A stretch of DNA of 64,000 bases from NCBI GenBank assembly GCA_963771175.1, contig CAVYSY010000022.1, positions 64,001 through 128,000 on the forward strand, read 5' to 3'. This document shows positions 31,587 to 40,078 of the stretch, one piece after another (position 1 is the first letter of the stretch; each line of letters opens with the position of its first letter). Made by a program: the position numbers and the translations under genes. Under the pieces are notes generated by a model. The model worked only from the letters and a program-made list of their open reading frames with translations, made no database searches and was not told the DNA's origin. This stretch comes from an uncultured delta proteobacterium (GTDB taxonomy: Bacteria > Myxococcota > Myxococcia > Myxococcales > Myxococcaceae).

Positions 31587-32897
31587 TCAGCCGAGCGCGC
31601 CGAGCTGGGCCAGCAGGCCCAGATCGTTTTCGTTTACCCAGATTTCGGCGATCTTGCCGCCCGAGAAGACGAAGATGTCGACTCCCTGATCCCTCACCCT
31701 CCGGTACGTGGGAGGCATCCCGAGGAACGGGCCCGCGTGCGTGCCCTCGACGTACCAGCGAGCGGCGGCCCTGTTGCCCTCCGCCACCTGGCGCTCCACG
31801 GTGAACTGGATGTCTGGGAGGCCGGTGCGCAGACCCGTCACGAAGGCACGCATCCCCTCCCTGCCACGGATCGGCTCGGGCAGCGTCGGGATGTGGAACG
31901 AGAACCGCTCGGCGATGAGCTCGTCGATGACCTCCAGCCGGCCCTGGCTCATCAGCTCGTCGAAGTACCGGCCAATGAGCTGGAGGTTCTCCTCCCGGGT
32001 CGTCCCGGGCGGGGGCACAGGGTTCCCCATCGCGGGCAGGCCACCGAGCTGGGTGAGCAGCCCCAACGTGTCCTCATTGATGCGCGCCTCGACGAACCTG
32101 CCATCCTCGATGCGCAGCCAACTCATGCCGTCGATCACGAACGAGCGCTCCCGCGCGGGGATGTCGCCCCGGAGGGTCTCGAGGGGCGTGCCGGTGTGGG
32201 TGCCGCGGGCGGTCCAGTGGGCGACCACCGTGTCTCCCTGGGCCACCAGGTGCTCGAGGGAGAAGGTCAGGTCGGGGAACGCATCCCGGAGCATCTTGAC
32301 GAGCCCCTTGAACTCCTGGCCGCGGTAGGGCTCGGAGTGGGTGGGGTTGGTGAACTCGAACTTCTCGGAGAAGTAGTGGTCGACGAACGAGAGGTCCCCT
32401 TCGCTCATCAGCTCGGAGTAGTAGCGGCGGGTGAGCTGCTTGTTCCGTTCCTCGACGGCGCGGCGCGCCTCGGCCTCGCGGAGGGAGGTGAGCAGAGGAG
32501 TCCCGTACTCGCAGATGCGGACGCGCTTGAACCTGCCGTCTTCATCGAGCTCCACGAACCACAGCTCCGCGCCACGGACCGTCTCGTGGGTCGCCGGGAC
32601 GCCCAGGAACTCCCGGGCATGGGTGCCCTCGTAGAGGAGGTCGAGCGAGGCGGTCGTGTCGTCCGTCACCAGATGGGCGATGTCGACCCTGACGTCGGGA
32701 AAGGCCTGGGTCCATTCATGAACGGCATCGTGGAAGAGCTGGTAGCCCTGGCTTCTGCCCAGCTCGGCCGGAACGCCCGGCGCCTCCAGCACGAGGTCCG
32801 GAGCGCAGAGCCCGGTCATGATGGAGCCGATGTTCTTCTGGTTCAGGCCGATCTCGACGAACTTCTTCGCCGCGCTGATGTTCTTCTCCAAGGACAT
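31587..32897 (-). CDS. Protein with three tandem SnoaL-like ester cyclase domains
   Basis: Three repeats of xENx…AFPD…GTH…G.P.T…DGR/GGK in 436 aa. Confidence 0.9.
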   Translation of the reverse strand: MSLEKNISAAKKFVEIGLNQKNIGSIMTGLCAPDLVLEAPGVPAELGRSQGYQLFHDAVHEWTQAFPDVRVDIAHLVTDDTTASLDLLYEGTHAREFLGVPATHETVRGAELWFVELDEDGRFKRVRICEYGTPLLTSLREAEARRAVEERNKQLTRRYYSELMSEGDLSFVDHYFSEKFEFTNPTHSEPYRGQEFKGLVKMLRDAFPDLTFSLEHLVAQGDTVVAHWTARGTHTGTPLETLRGDIPARERSFVIDGMSWLRIEDGRFVEARINEDTLGLLTQLGGLPAMGNPVPPPGTTREENLQLIGRYFDELMSQGRLEVIDELIAERFSFHIPTLPEPIRGREGMRAFVTGLRTGLPDIQFTVERQVAEGNRAAARWYVEGTHAGPFLGMPPTYRRVRDQGVDIFVFSGGKIAEIWVNENDLGLLAQLGALG

Positions 32898-32898
32898 G

Positions 32899-33717
32899 TC
32901 AGGTCTCCTCTTCCTGGATGAATGATTCGATTGCCGTCGCGAGCGCCTCCGGCACCTCCAATCCCGGGAAGTGGCTGGTGGCCTCCAGCTTCCTCACCTG
33001 GAACCAGGGGTGCTCGGTGGCGAAGGCTTCCTGGTCGGCCACCATGGCCGGGCTGCTCGTCTGGGTGTACAGGTGCAGGATCGGAGGGGCGGGCCGCATC
33101 CCGGCCATGGCCTCGAGTGGGCTCTTCCACCTGGCGTAGCCGGCTCCAATCTCGCGGCCCGAGCGCATCCACATCGCGGCGCCGTAGGCATTCATTTCCT
33201 CACGCACGAGGCGGATGACCTCGGGGTGGTCCACGCCCTTCAGCCAGAGGTCGAAGAGCTGAGCCCGGGCCTGCTTCCAGGTCGCGGCGCCGGCGAGGGC
33301 CTCCACCAGGGCCAGATAGGGCGCGGGGGGCTCCACGAGCATCCAGTCGGTCAGCACGATCCTGGGGACGCGGGAGCCCAGCCTTCGCCGCAGCTCGAGC
33401 GCCACCCACCCGGCGTGGGAGCAGGAGACGGGGATGACCTGCCGCACGCCACTGGCCGCGATGACGGCGAGGGCGTCTTCCACCAACTCCGCGGCTCCGA
33501 AGTCTCTCGCCGGAGCTTCCGACTGGCCGTGGCCACGCCAGTCCAGCGTGAGCACCCGCCGGTGGGCGGCGCTCCGCAGGGGGGTCTCACCAAAGGCCGA
33601 GCGGCTGGCACACCAGGGAGGCAGGAACAGCAAGGCCGGTTCGCCCTGTCCATGGCTGCCATAGCGGATGCGCACCCCTCCCGGTGCAAGCGCTTCCAAT
33701 TCCTCTTTCCTCATCAT
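32899..33717 (-). CDS. Alpha/beta-hydrolase-fold protein related to cofactor-independent dioxygenases Hod/Qdo/AqdC
   Basis: LPPWC, DWRGHG, PVSCSHAGW, LTDWM, LFDLWL, WMRSGREI, HPWF, SHFP; these parallel the Hod motifs as I recall them. Confidence 0.75.
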   Translation of the reverse strand: MMRKEELEALAPGGVRIRYGSHGQGEPALLFLPPWCASRSAFGETPLRSAAHRRVLTLDWRGHGQSEAPARDFGAAELVEDALAVIAASGVRQVIPVSCSHAGWVALELRRRLGSRVPRIVLTDWMLVEPPAPYLALVEALAGAATWKQARAQLFDLWLKGVDHPEVIRLVREEMNAYGAAMWMRSGREIGAGYARWKSPLEAMAGMRPAPPILHLYTQTSSPAMVADQEAFATEHPWFQVRKLEATSHFPGLEVPEALATAIESFIQEEET

Positions 33718-33735
33718 GTCCTCCCTCATTTCCTC

Positions 33736-35322
33736 TCATCCTTGCTGGAGCAGGCTTTGCGCGACGATGAGCCCCGACCCACCGCCCAGCCCGAGTCCTG
33801 GATGGGTGGCCGCGCCAATCATGTAGAGCTGGGGAATGGCGGTGCGGTGTCCCTGCTGCGCGGCCATGGGCCGGAGCAGGTAGCTCTGGGCGAGGGCGTG
33901 CGAGCCACTGAACGGGTCTCCGTACTTCCAGTTCGGGTTGTAGCGGTGCAGGTCCAGGGGACTGACCACCGCGTGCGCCAGGATGGCGCCCTCCAGGTTG
34001 GGGATGTGCCGGCAGGCGGTGGCGATCATGCGATCGGCGAAGCGCTGCTTCAGATCTTCCGTCCAGGTGCCATCGCCGATGTCGATGGTGCCGGCGGCAT
34101 CGCCCACCACCTGAAAGGGGACGTCCAGTCCCTGAAGCACCATCACGGCCTTGCCCGCGGGGGCGCGGGAAGGATCGAGCAGGCTCGGTGTCCCCACGCC
34201 GATCACCGGCTCGGCGGGGAGCAGGCGGCGGGTGGTCTCGTTGTAGTTGCGCGACACGCCGTCCATGCCGCGGGTGAGGTGGGTATAGACGACCTTGTCG
34301 AGCCGCTCGTCGTGCCAGCGAGGCGGCTCCTTCAGCGCCAGGTGGACGAAGAAGACGGAGTGGCCGTAGCGGAACCGGGTGGCCTGCTGCCGGACGCGTG
34401 GCGGGACTTCGCTGACGTCCGCCAGCAACTCCTGGTGGAGTTGGTCCGGATTGGTGGTGGCAATCACCGCCCGCCGGGCGCGGTACTCCTCGCCCGTCGC
34501 CGTCCGCACTCCCACCGCCTTGCCTCCCTCCACGAGGATGCGGTGGACCGGCGTGTTCGTCTGGACCGTGCCGCCCTGGTCGCGGATCAGCTGCACGAAG
34601 GCCCGGGCGAGCATCTCGGCCCCGCCCTCCGCCACGAGCTGCCCCGCCGACTGGAGCGCCAGGAGGGTGAGCTTCATCGAGAGCGCACCGTTCGCATCCT
34701 CCGGCCCGCGCCCCGCGTGCAGGATCCACGGAGCGAGCAGCCCTCGCCATGCCTCGGAGGAGAAGGTGGTCTCCAGCAAATCTCTCGCGCTCAGCAGGAA
34801 CTCGCCAGCGAACGGAGACAGACTCCTGCCATCCTCGGCGAGCATCAGCCGCCGGAACAGCTCCGCGGCGCGTGGGGAGTCCAGCTCCGAGCCCAGCAAC
34901 TCGAAGACCGCTTCCGCATGGGGGCCAAACCCTTGCAGGAGCTGCGCCCAGGCCGCGCCGTCACCCGGAGCGAGACGATCGGCTTCGGCCATGTTGGCCT
35001 CGAGGCTCGTGGAGAGCACCGCCGCCTGGCCATCTGGCATCGAGACCGCGGTGGGCAGCGAGGTGGGGATGAGCTTCAGACCCCGCTCGGCGAGCGCACT
35101 TCCGAAAACGGCATTGGCCTGGGAGAGTGCGAAGAGGATGAAGTACCCGGCATAGAGATCATGGTGGAAGCCCGGCAGGGTCAGTTCCTCGGTGCGAACC
35201 CCTCCCCCGGGACGCGCGTTCTTCTCCAGCAGCAACACGCTCCACCCGGCGCGAGTCAGGTAGGCAGCGCAGACGAGCGCATTGGGTCCACTGCCAATGA
35301 TGATTGCATCATGGGTTTGCAT
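33736..35322 (-). CDS. Phytoene desaturase-like FAD-dependent oxidoreductase
   Basis: IIIGSGPNAL…LEKNARPGGG, PGFHHD, GGAEML, LYMIGAATHPGLGLGGGSG. Confidence 0.88.
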   Translation of the reverse strand: MQTHDAIIIGSGPNALVCAAYLTRAGWSVLLLEKNARPGGGVRTEELTLPGFHHDLYAGYFILFALSQANAVFGSALAERGLKLIPTSLPTAVSMPDGQAAVLSTSLEANMAEADRLAPGDGAAWAQLLQGFGPHAEAVFELLGSELDSPRAAELFRRLMLAEDGRSLSPFAGEFLLSARDLLETTFSSEAWRGLLAPWILHAGRGPEDANGALSMKLTLLALQSAGQLVAEGGAEMLARAFVQLIRDQGGTVQTNTPVHRILVEGGKAVGVRTATGEEYRARRAVIATTNPDQLHQELLADVSEVPPRVRQQATRFRYGHSVFFVHLALKEPPRWHDERLDKVVYTHLTRGMDGVSRNYNETTRRLLPAEPVIGVGTPSLLDPSRAPAGKAVMVLQGLDVPFQVVGDAAGTIDIGDGTWTEDLKQRFADRMIATACRHIPNLEGAILAHAVVSPLDLHRYNPNWKYGDPFSGSHALAQSYLLRPMAAQQGHRTAIPQLYMIGAATHPGLGLGGGSGLIVAQSLLQQG

Positions 35323-35364
35323 TGATTCCTCCCAGGGAGGGGTTCACGTCCGGGGTGGAGGGGC

Positions 35365-35781
35365 TCAGGGCTTGAGCGCTTCCGCGATGTTCGTGAACCC
35401 AGCCCAGGTGCGCTTGATCTTGCCGTCGACGATGTGGGAGTAGTGGATGCCAGTGATTTCCGAATAGCGCCCGGTGGGGGCGAAGCCGGCGAAGGTGCCC
35501 TGGTGCGTTCCCGTCATCAGCATCTTGGTCGCCACCACGTCGCCCTCGGCCACCATCTCCTGGACGATGTATTTGATGTCGGGGAAGGCCTTGCGGAAGG
35601 AGATCACCCTCTGGCGGAAGGCTTCGCGCCCGCTCTGGACCGGAGCACCCCCCGCGAGCGGCGGGGCGTCGAACTCGTAGTCCTCGTGGTAGAGCTCGTC
35701 GATCATCTCCAGACGGTGCTGGGTCAGCAGGACACCGAAGAGCGTCCGGATGAGCTGCTTGTTTTCCTCTGGGGTCGTCAT
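35365..35781 (-). CDS. SnoaL-like ester cyclase
   Basis: EENKQLIR, AFPDI, AEGDVV, TGTHQGTFAGFAPTG. Confidence 0.9.
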   Translation of the reverse strand: MTTPEENKQLIRTLFGVLLTQHRLEMIDELYHEDYEFDAPPLAGGAPVQSGREAFRQRVISFRKAFPDIKYIVQEMVAEGDVVATKMLMTGTHQGTFAGFAPTGRYSEITGIHYSHIVDGKIKRTWAGFTNIAEALKP

Positions 35782-35814
35782 GCGGCTTTCTCCTTGGGGG
35801 TTGTTCGACTGTCT

Positions 35815-36234
35815 TCAGGATTGGAGCTGCGCCAGCAGGGGCGTACCGTACGAGCAGAAGCGGAGACGCCGGATGCGTCCCTCGGACAGCTCGGCGAAGC
35901 AGAGCTGGGTCGAGGTGATTCTGTTGCCGGTGGGGGTGAGACCGGCGAACGGCCCCGTGTGGGTGCCATGGAGCACGTAGTCGACCGACACGTTCTCCCC
36001 ATCGCCCAACAGGTAATGGCTCTCGTAGTTCAGGTCGGGGAAGGCCGCGTGGAACGCGGTCACGCCTCGTTTGAATGCGTCCAGGCTGTTCTGTCGGGCC
36101 ACCTCGCTCGGGATCACCGGCGACTCGATGGAGAAGTCAGTCGTGCAGAGTGAATCGAGGACCTCCACCCTTCCGCCGTTCATCACCTCCGCGAAGAGCC
36201 GGCGGATGACATCCTTGTTGTCTTCGAGATTCAT
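35815..36234 (-). CDS. SnoaL-like ester cyclase
   Basis: EDNKDVIRR, AFPDL, HGTHTGPFAGLTPTG; its ICEYGTPLL-like tail (FCSYGTPLL) matches domain 1 of the triple-SnoaL protein. Confidence 0.9.
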   Translation of the reverse strand: MNLEDNKDVIRRLFAEVMNGGRVEVLDSLCTTDFSIESPVIPSEVARQNSLDAFKRGVTAFHAAFPDLNYESHYLLGDGENVSVDYVLHGTHTGPFAGLTPTGNRITSTQLCFAELSEGRIRRLRFCSYGTPLLAQLQS

Positions 36235-36336
36235 GTGTCCTCAGCTGCTCCGTCTTCGTGGGTATTTAAAAGACCCCGGAACTCACGGTTGTGAGGGACG
36301 CGGCTGGAGCCCGTGGCACGTTCCAGCCGCTGGCGC

Positions 36337-38786
36337 TCATTCCTTGCGGAAGACGACGAGTCCCCGGGCCGGAAGGACGACGCGCAGCCCGTTCCCCCGA
36401 GGGGAGAGCGTCGCCTCCGAGGTTTCCCACATTGCTCCCGCCATACCGCTCGGCGTCGCTGTTGAAGATCTCCCTCCAACCCCTCGCGTGGGACGAGGGG
36501 ATCGGGAGCTCATATCCCTCGGAGAGGGGCCGCTCGTTGAGGCTGGCGATGATGAGGAGCTCCTCCTCCTGGCTCTGGCGCCTGAAGGCGAGGACGCGGT
36601 TGACATCGTGGGTGTAGAGGAGCTCGATGTCGCGCGAGCGCAGCGCTTCGTGGGTCAGGCGCAAGCGGATGAGCTCCTGGTAGAAGCGGAAGAGGTTCCG
36701 TCCCCGGCCCGCGCGCAACCCTCGGAGATCCTCCCGGTTGTTCAGGAAGGTGTCGTACCGGTAATCCCTGGCGGCGCCGACCTCCTCTCCCATGAAGAAC
36801 ATGGGCGTGCCCGCGGAGAGCACCGAGAGGCCGAGGACCGTGCGGCAGCGCGCCTCGGCGGCCTGGAGCACCTCGCCCTGGAGCTCCACGGCGTTGGCGG
36901 CGATGACAATCGTCCTGGCCGTGCCGTCTCCGTTCCCGGCCTCGTCATGGGATGAGTGGTAGACGACCTTCCGCTGCCCTGTCCGCGCCAGCACCTGCGC
37001 GAAGGTGTTCATCGCCAGTGGCTGGCCGTCCGCCTTCGCCGCGGTCCAGAGCAGCTTGGCGAACTCCCTCCCGCGTGTCGGGTCTCCGATGAGGTGGTGG
37101 TGGTGCTCGGCGTACCACGCGGCATCGAACCCCAGGCCGCCCTCCGCGTCGGACGCGGTCACCGCGTCCCAGTCGGAGTGATCCTCCGCCATGAGCATCG
37201 ACACCCGGGCGGATGAGCCTCAGGGTGCGGCTCCATTCGCGCAGGAACCTGGCCCCGAGGATGTTGGCGCGGGAGGCCTCCCGCCCATTGGCGTGGAGCA
37301 CGTTGTAGCTGTGGATGCACGTGGTCTGATCCACGCGGAACCCATCCACATGGAACTCCTCCATCAGGACGGCCGCGCTGCTGATGAACATGGCGCGGAC
37401 CTGCTCCCGGTTGAAAGCGGGGGCATATCCGGTGGACTGGTTGTCGATGTACCCGCCGTGTCCGGGGGTGGCCGTCGAGCCGGGGCTGGCCGCCACCCGC
37501 TCGTAATCCGGGTAGTCCTCGGGGCGCCCCTCGTAGAAGTAATAGAGATTGTCCGGGTGCGAGTTGGAGTCATACATCCACTCCGCCCTGTCGGCATCCG
37601 GGTGGTAGTGGTTGTAGACGACGTCCATGATGACGGCGATCCCCCGCCGGTGGCACTCGCGGATGAAGTGCTTGAGCTGGTCGCGACCGCCGCCCGCGTA
37701 CTCGATGGCGAGGTAGTGCGTGGTGGCGTAGCCCCAGTTTGGCAGCCCACCGAACTCGGACATCGGCAGCAGCTCGATGGCATTCACCCCGAGCTCCTCG
37801 AGGTAGTCGAGCAGCGCCATCGCGTCCTCCAGCGTGCCCGCTCCGTCCTTGCCGAAGCCGAGCGCCCCGACATGGAGCTCGTAGATGACGAGATCTTCGA
37901 CACGGGAGGGGACGGGCCGCTCGGCGCGGTACTCGTCACGCCAGAACTCCTCCTCGGAGAGGAACTCCCGCTCGGGCCATCGAGGCTCGGAGAAGTGCTT
38001 CGTCACCTGGTCGGGGTCGACCACCACCGAGCAGCTCACGGTGGCATTCAGTCCCTCTCGTCTCCCCGTGTAGGGCCTCCCCCCGGGGTTGAAGGTGCCC
38101 CGTCCGAGCTGACAGCGCGAGTAGAGATCCGTCCGATAGACGATCCGACCGTCCGCCAGGGTGAGCCTGAACATGTAGGGTTGGAACCGGAGCCGCTCGA
38201 ACTCCAGGGCTCCGGGGCCATCGACCTCCGTTTCCCAGACACCGCCGTCCTGGCGGACCATCGGGAGGACCGGGAGGAGGGGAGAGATGCCGGTGCCGTC
38301 GTCCGCGATGTAGCCGCTCTCCTGGGTCCCGAACACCACCTCGGCCTTGCTCGCGTGGGGTGCCCAGACGGCGAAGCGCGCCAGGGGCATGGAGGTGTCC
38401 GGGCGGAAGTACTTCTGTGCGCCGAGGTTGCGCCCCTGGGTGAGGTGATAGCGCTCTCGCGAGGGTCCGGGTCCGAGCACGAAGGAGCGGGTCCGCCTGC
38501 GTGAGGAGGGATCATCGACCTCGGTGGGGATGGCCCACAGGTCTGTTCCGGCGGGACCGTCCACGATGACGCCCCACTCGAACCGTGTGCCGAGCTGGGA
38601 CTCGTCGAAGGAGACGGTTGCCCGGAAGCAGGGACAGCCGTCCTCTCCCGTGGCGGGTTCCATGGGATGGGTCGACCACTGGTCGGACAGGTGGCCGCGT
38701 CCGTCCCAACTGCCGACGAGACGTGCGTTGCGAAGGACTTGTCGCTTCAGTCCGGTGGAGTACTCGAAATGGACAGTGATGGGCAT
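36337..38786 (-). CDS. GH13 alpha-amylase family enzyme (GlgB/TreZ-like; frameshifts near 37200 and 36400)
   Basis: FAVWAPHA, VIYELHVG, LGVNAIELLP, NWGY, DVVYNHY, DGFRVD (nucleophile), AEDH (acid/base), SHDEAGN, PMFFMGEE. Confidence 0.88.
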
Positions 38787-38850
38787 GGGGATCGTGCATG
38801 GGTTGTCCTGCAAGCCATTCGATCCCCGGGCCGACTGTTGTGATGGGCGA

Positions 38851-39471
38851 TCAATCCTCCTCGTCCTCCACCAGGCCTTCCTGGAGGGCCAGGGTGCGCA
38901 GGCGGGCCTTGATGCGCTGGAACTGCTGGCGCATCGCCGCGGCCCGGCGTGCCAGGGCCTCCCCGCGCAGCGGCTCCTCTGGGGGCGCCATGGCCCGCGC
39001 TACCTCCTGCCATGGCAGGTTCTGGTCCAGCCGCAGCGCGAGCAGCTTCTGGTCCTGGGAATCCAGACTCTTGCGCAGCGCGCGGAAGCGCTCCTTCACG
39101 TCCGTTCGCTGCCAGGGGTTGGTCGCGGTGCGCTGCCGCAGGGAGTGCTCGGGGAGCGCGGAACGGGTGACGGCTATCTCCCGAGCGGAGGCCGCGTTCA
39201 CCTGCTTGAGGCAGGCATTGCGCGCCATGCGGTAGGCCCAGGTCCGGAAGGAGCTCTCCCAGCGGAAGTTCTTGAGGCCCTTCAGGAGGCGCTCACTGAA
39301 GAGGCCGAAGGCATCCTGTGCACGCTCGTCGTCGGGGAGCACGGAATTCATCATCTTGCGGATGTCCCGACCATAGCCTCGCATGATCCGATCCACCGCC
39401 AGGTGCAGCTCACCCCGTCTGCAGAGATCGTGAATTTCCTCTTCCAGTCGCTCTCGATCCGTCACGTGCAT
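38851..39471 (-). CDS. ECF-type RNA polymerase sigma factor
   Basis: AQDAF…FRWESSFRTWAYRMARNA (region 2); LLALRLDQNLPWQEVARAM (region 4). Confidence 0.85.
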   Translation of the reverse strand: MHVTDRERLEEEIHDLCRRGELHLAVDRIMRGYGRDIRKMMNSVLPDDERAQDAFGLFSERLLKGLKNFRWESSFRTWAYRMARNACLKQVNAASAREIAVTRSALPEHSLRQRTATNPWQRTDVKERFRALRKSLDSQDQKLLALRLDQNLPWQEVARAMAPPEEPLRGEALARRAAAMRQQFQRIKARLRTLALQEGLVEDEED

Positions 39472-39659
39472 CGGCAGTCCTTTGGCTTCGTGATGGAGGA
39501 AGGTATTCCCCCCATGAGTCAAAGAGTCCTGAAGCCGCCAATGTGATGTATGGGATGGGGTCCGCCCGCGCTCATCACAATGCGCGCCGTCGGGTTCTTC
39601 CTGAATGGAGGGACGAGGCGTGGGTTCACGCCGTCACCTCCTGAAAAGGGGCGGGACAC

Positions 39660-40073
39660 GTGAGCACCATTCTCCTCGTTGATGACGAACCCGAGATCCT
39701 CGAACTCTATTCCGAGGTGCTGGCGCTGATGGGCCACGACATCCTCCGCGCGCGTGACGGCGAGCAGGCCCTGAGTGTGGCGAGGTGGCGGCATCCAGAT
39801 CTGGTGGTGACGGATTGGATGATGCCGCGCATGGATGGTGTCGAGCTCTGCTCCGCGCTCTCCCGGGCCGAGGAGCTTCGCGACATCCCCATCGTCATGC
39901 ACAGCGGCTCGGGAGACCCCCATGCCCCAGGTGTCCGGGCCTTCCTTCCCAAGGGCAGCGACCTGGAGTGGTTCGAGGAGGTGGTGACCCGGGTGCTCAG
40001 GATGGGGTCGCGCCTGTTTCGTTCCCGAGGGCCTCCCGGTGATGGCGGTGTTCACGCAGCACCGCGCGTCTGA
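39660..40073 (+). CDS. Single-domain response regulator
   Basis: ILLVDDEP, PDLVVTDWMMPRMDG, FLPK. Confidence 0.9.
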   Translation: MSTILLVDDEPEILELYSEVLALMGHDILRARDGEQALSVARWRHPDLVVTDWMMPRMDGVELCSALSRAEELRDIPIVMHSGSGDPHAPGVRAFLPKGSDLEWFEEVVTRVLRMGSRLFRSRGPPGDGGVHAAPRV

Positions 40074-40078
40074 GCGCA

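Noticed and set aside
33736..35322. Carotenoid biosynthesis cluster
   Set aside because: Only a phytoene-desaturase-like fold; no crtB or crtE nearby.
31587..36234. Type II polyketide cluster suggested by SnoaL cyclases and DUF1772
   Set aside because: No ketosynthase, ACP or other PKS/NRPS gene in the window.
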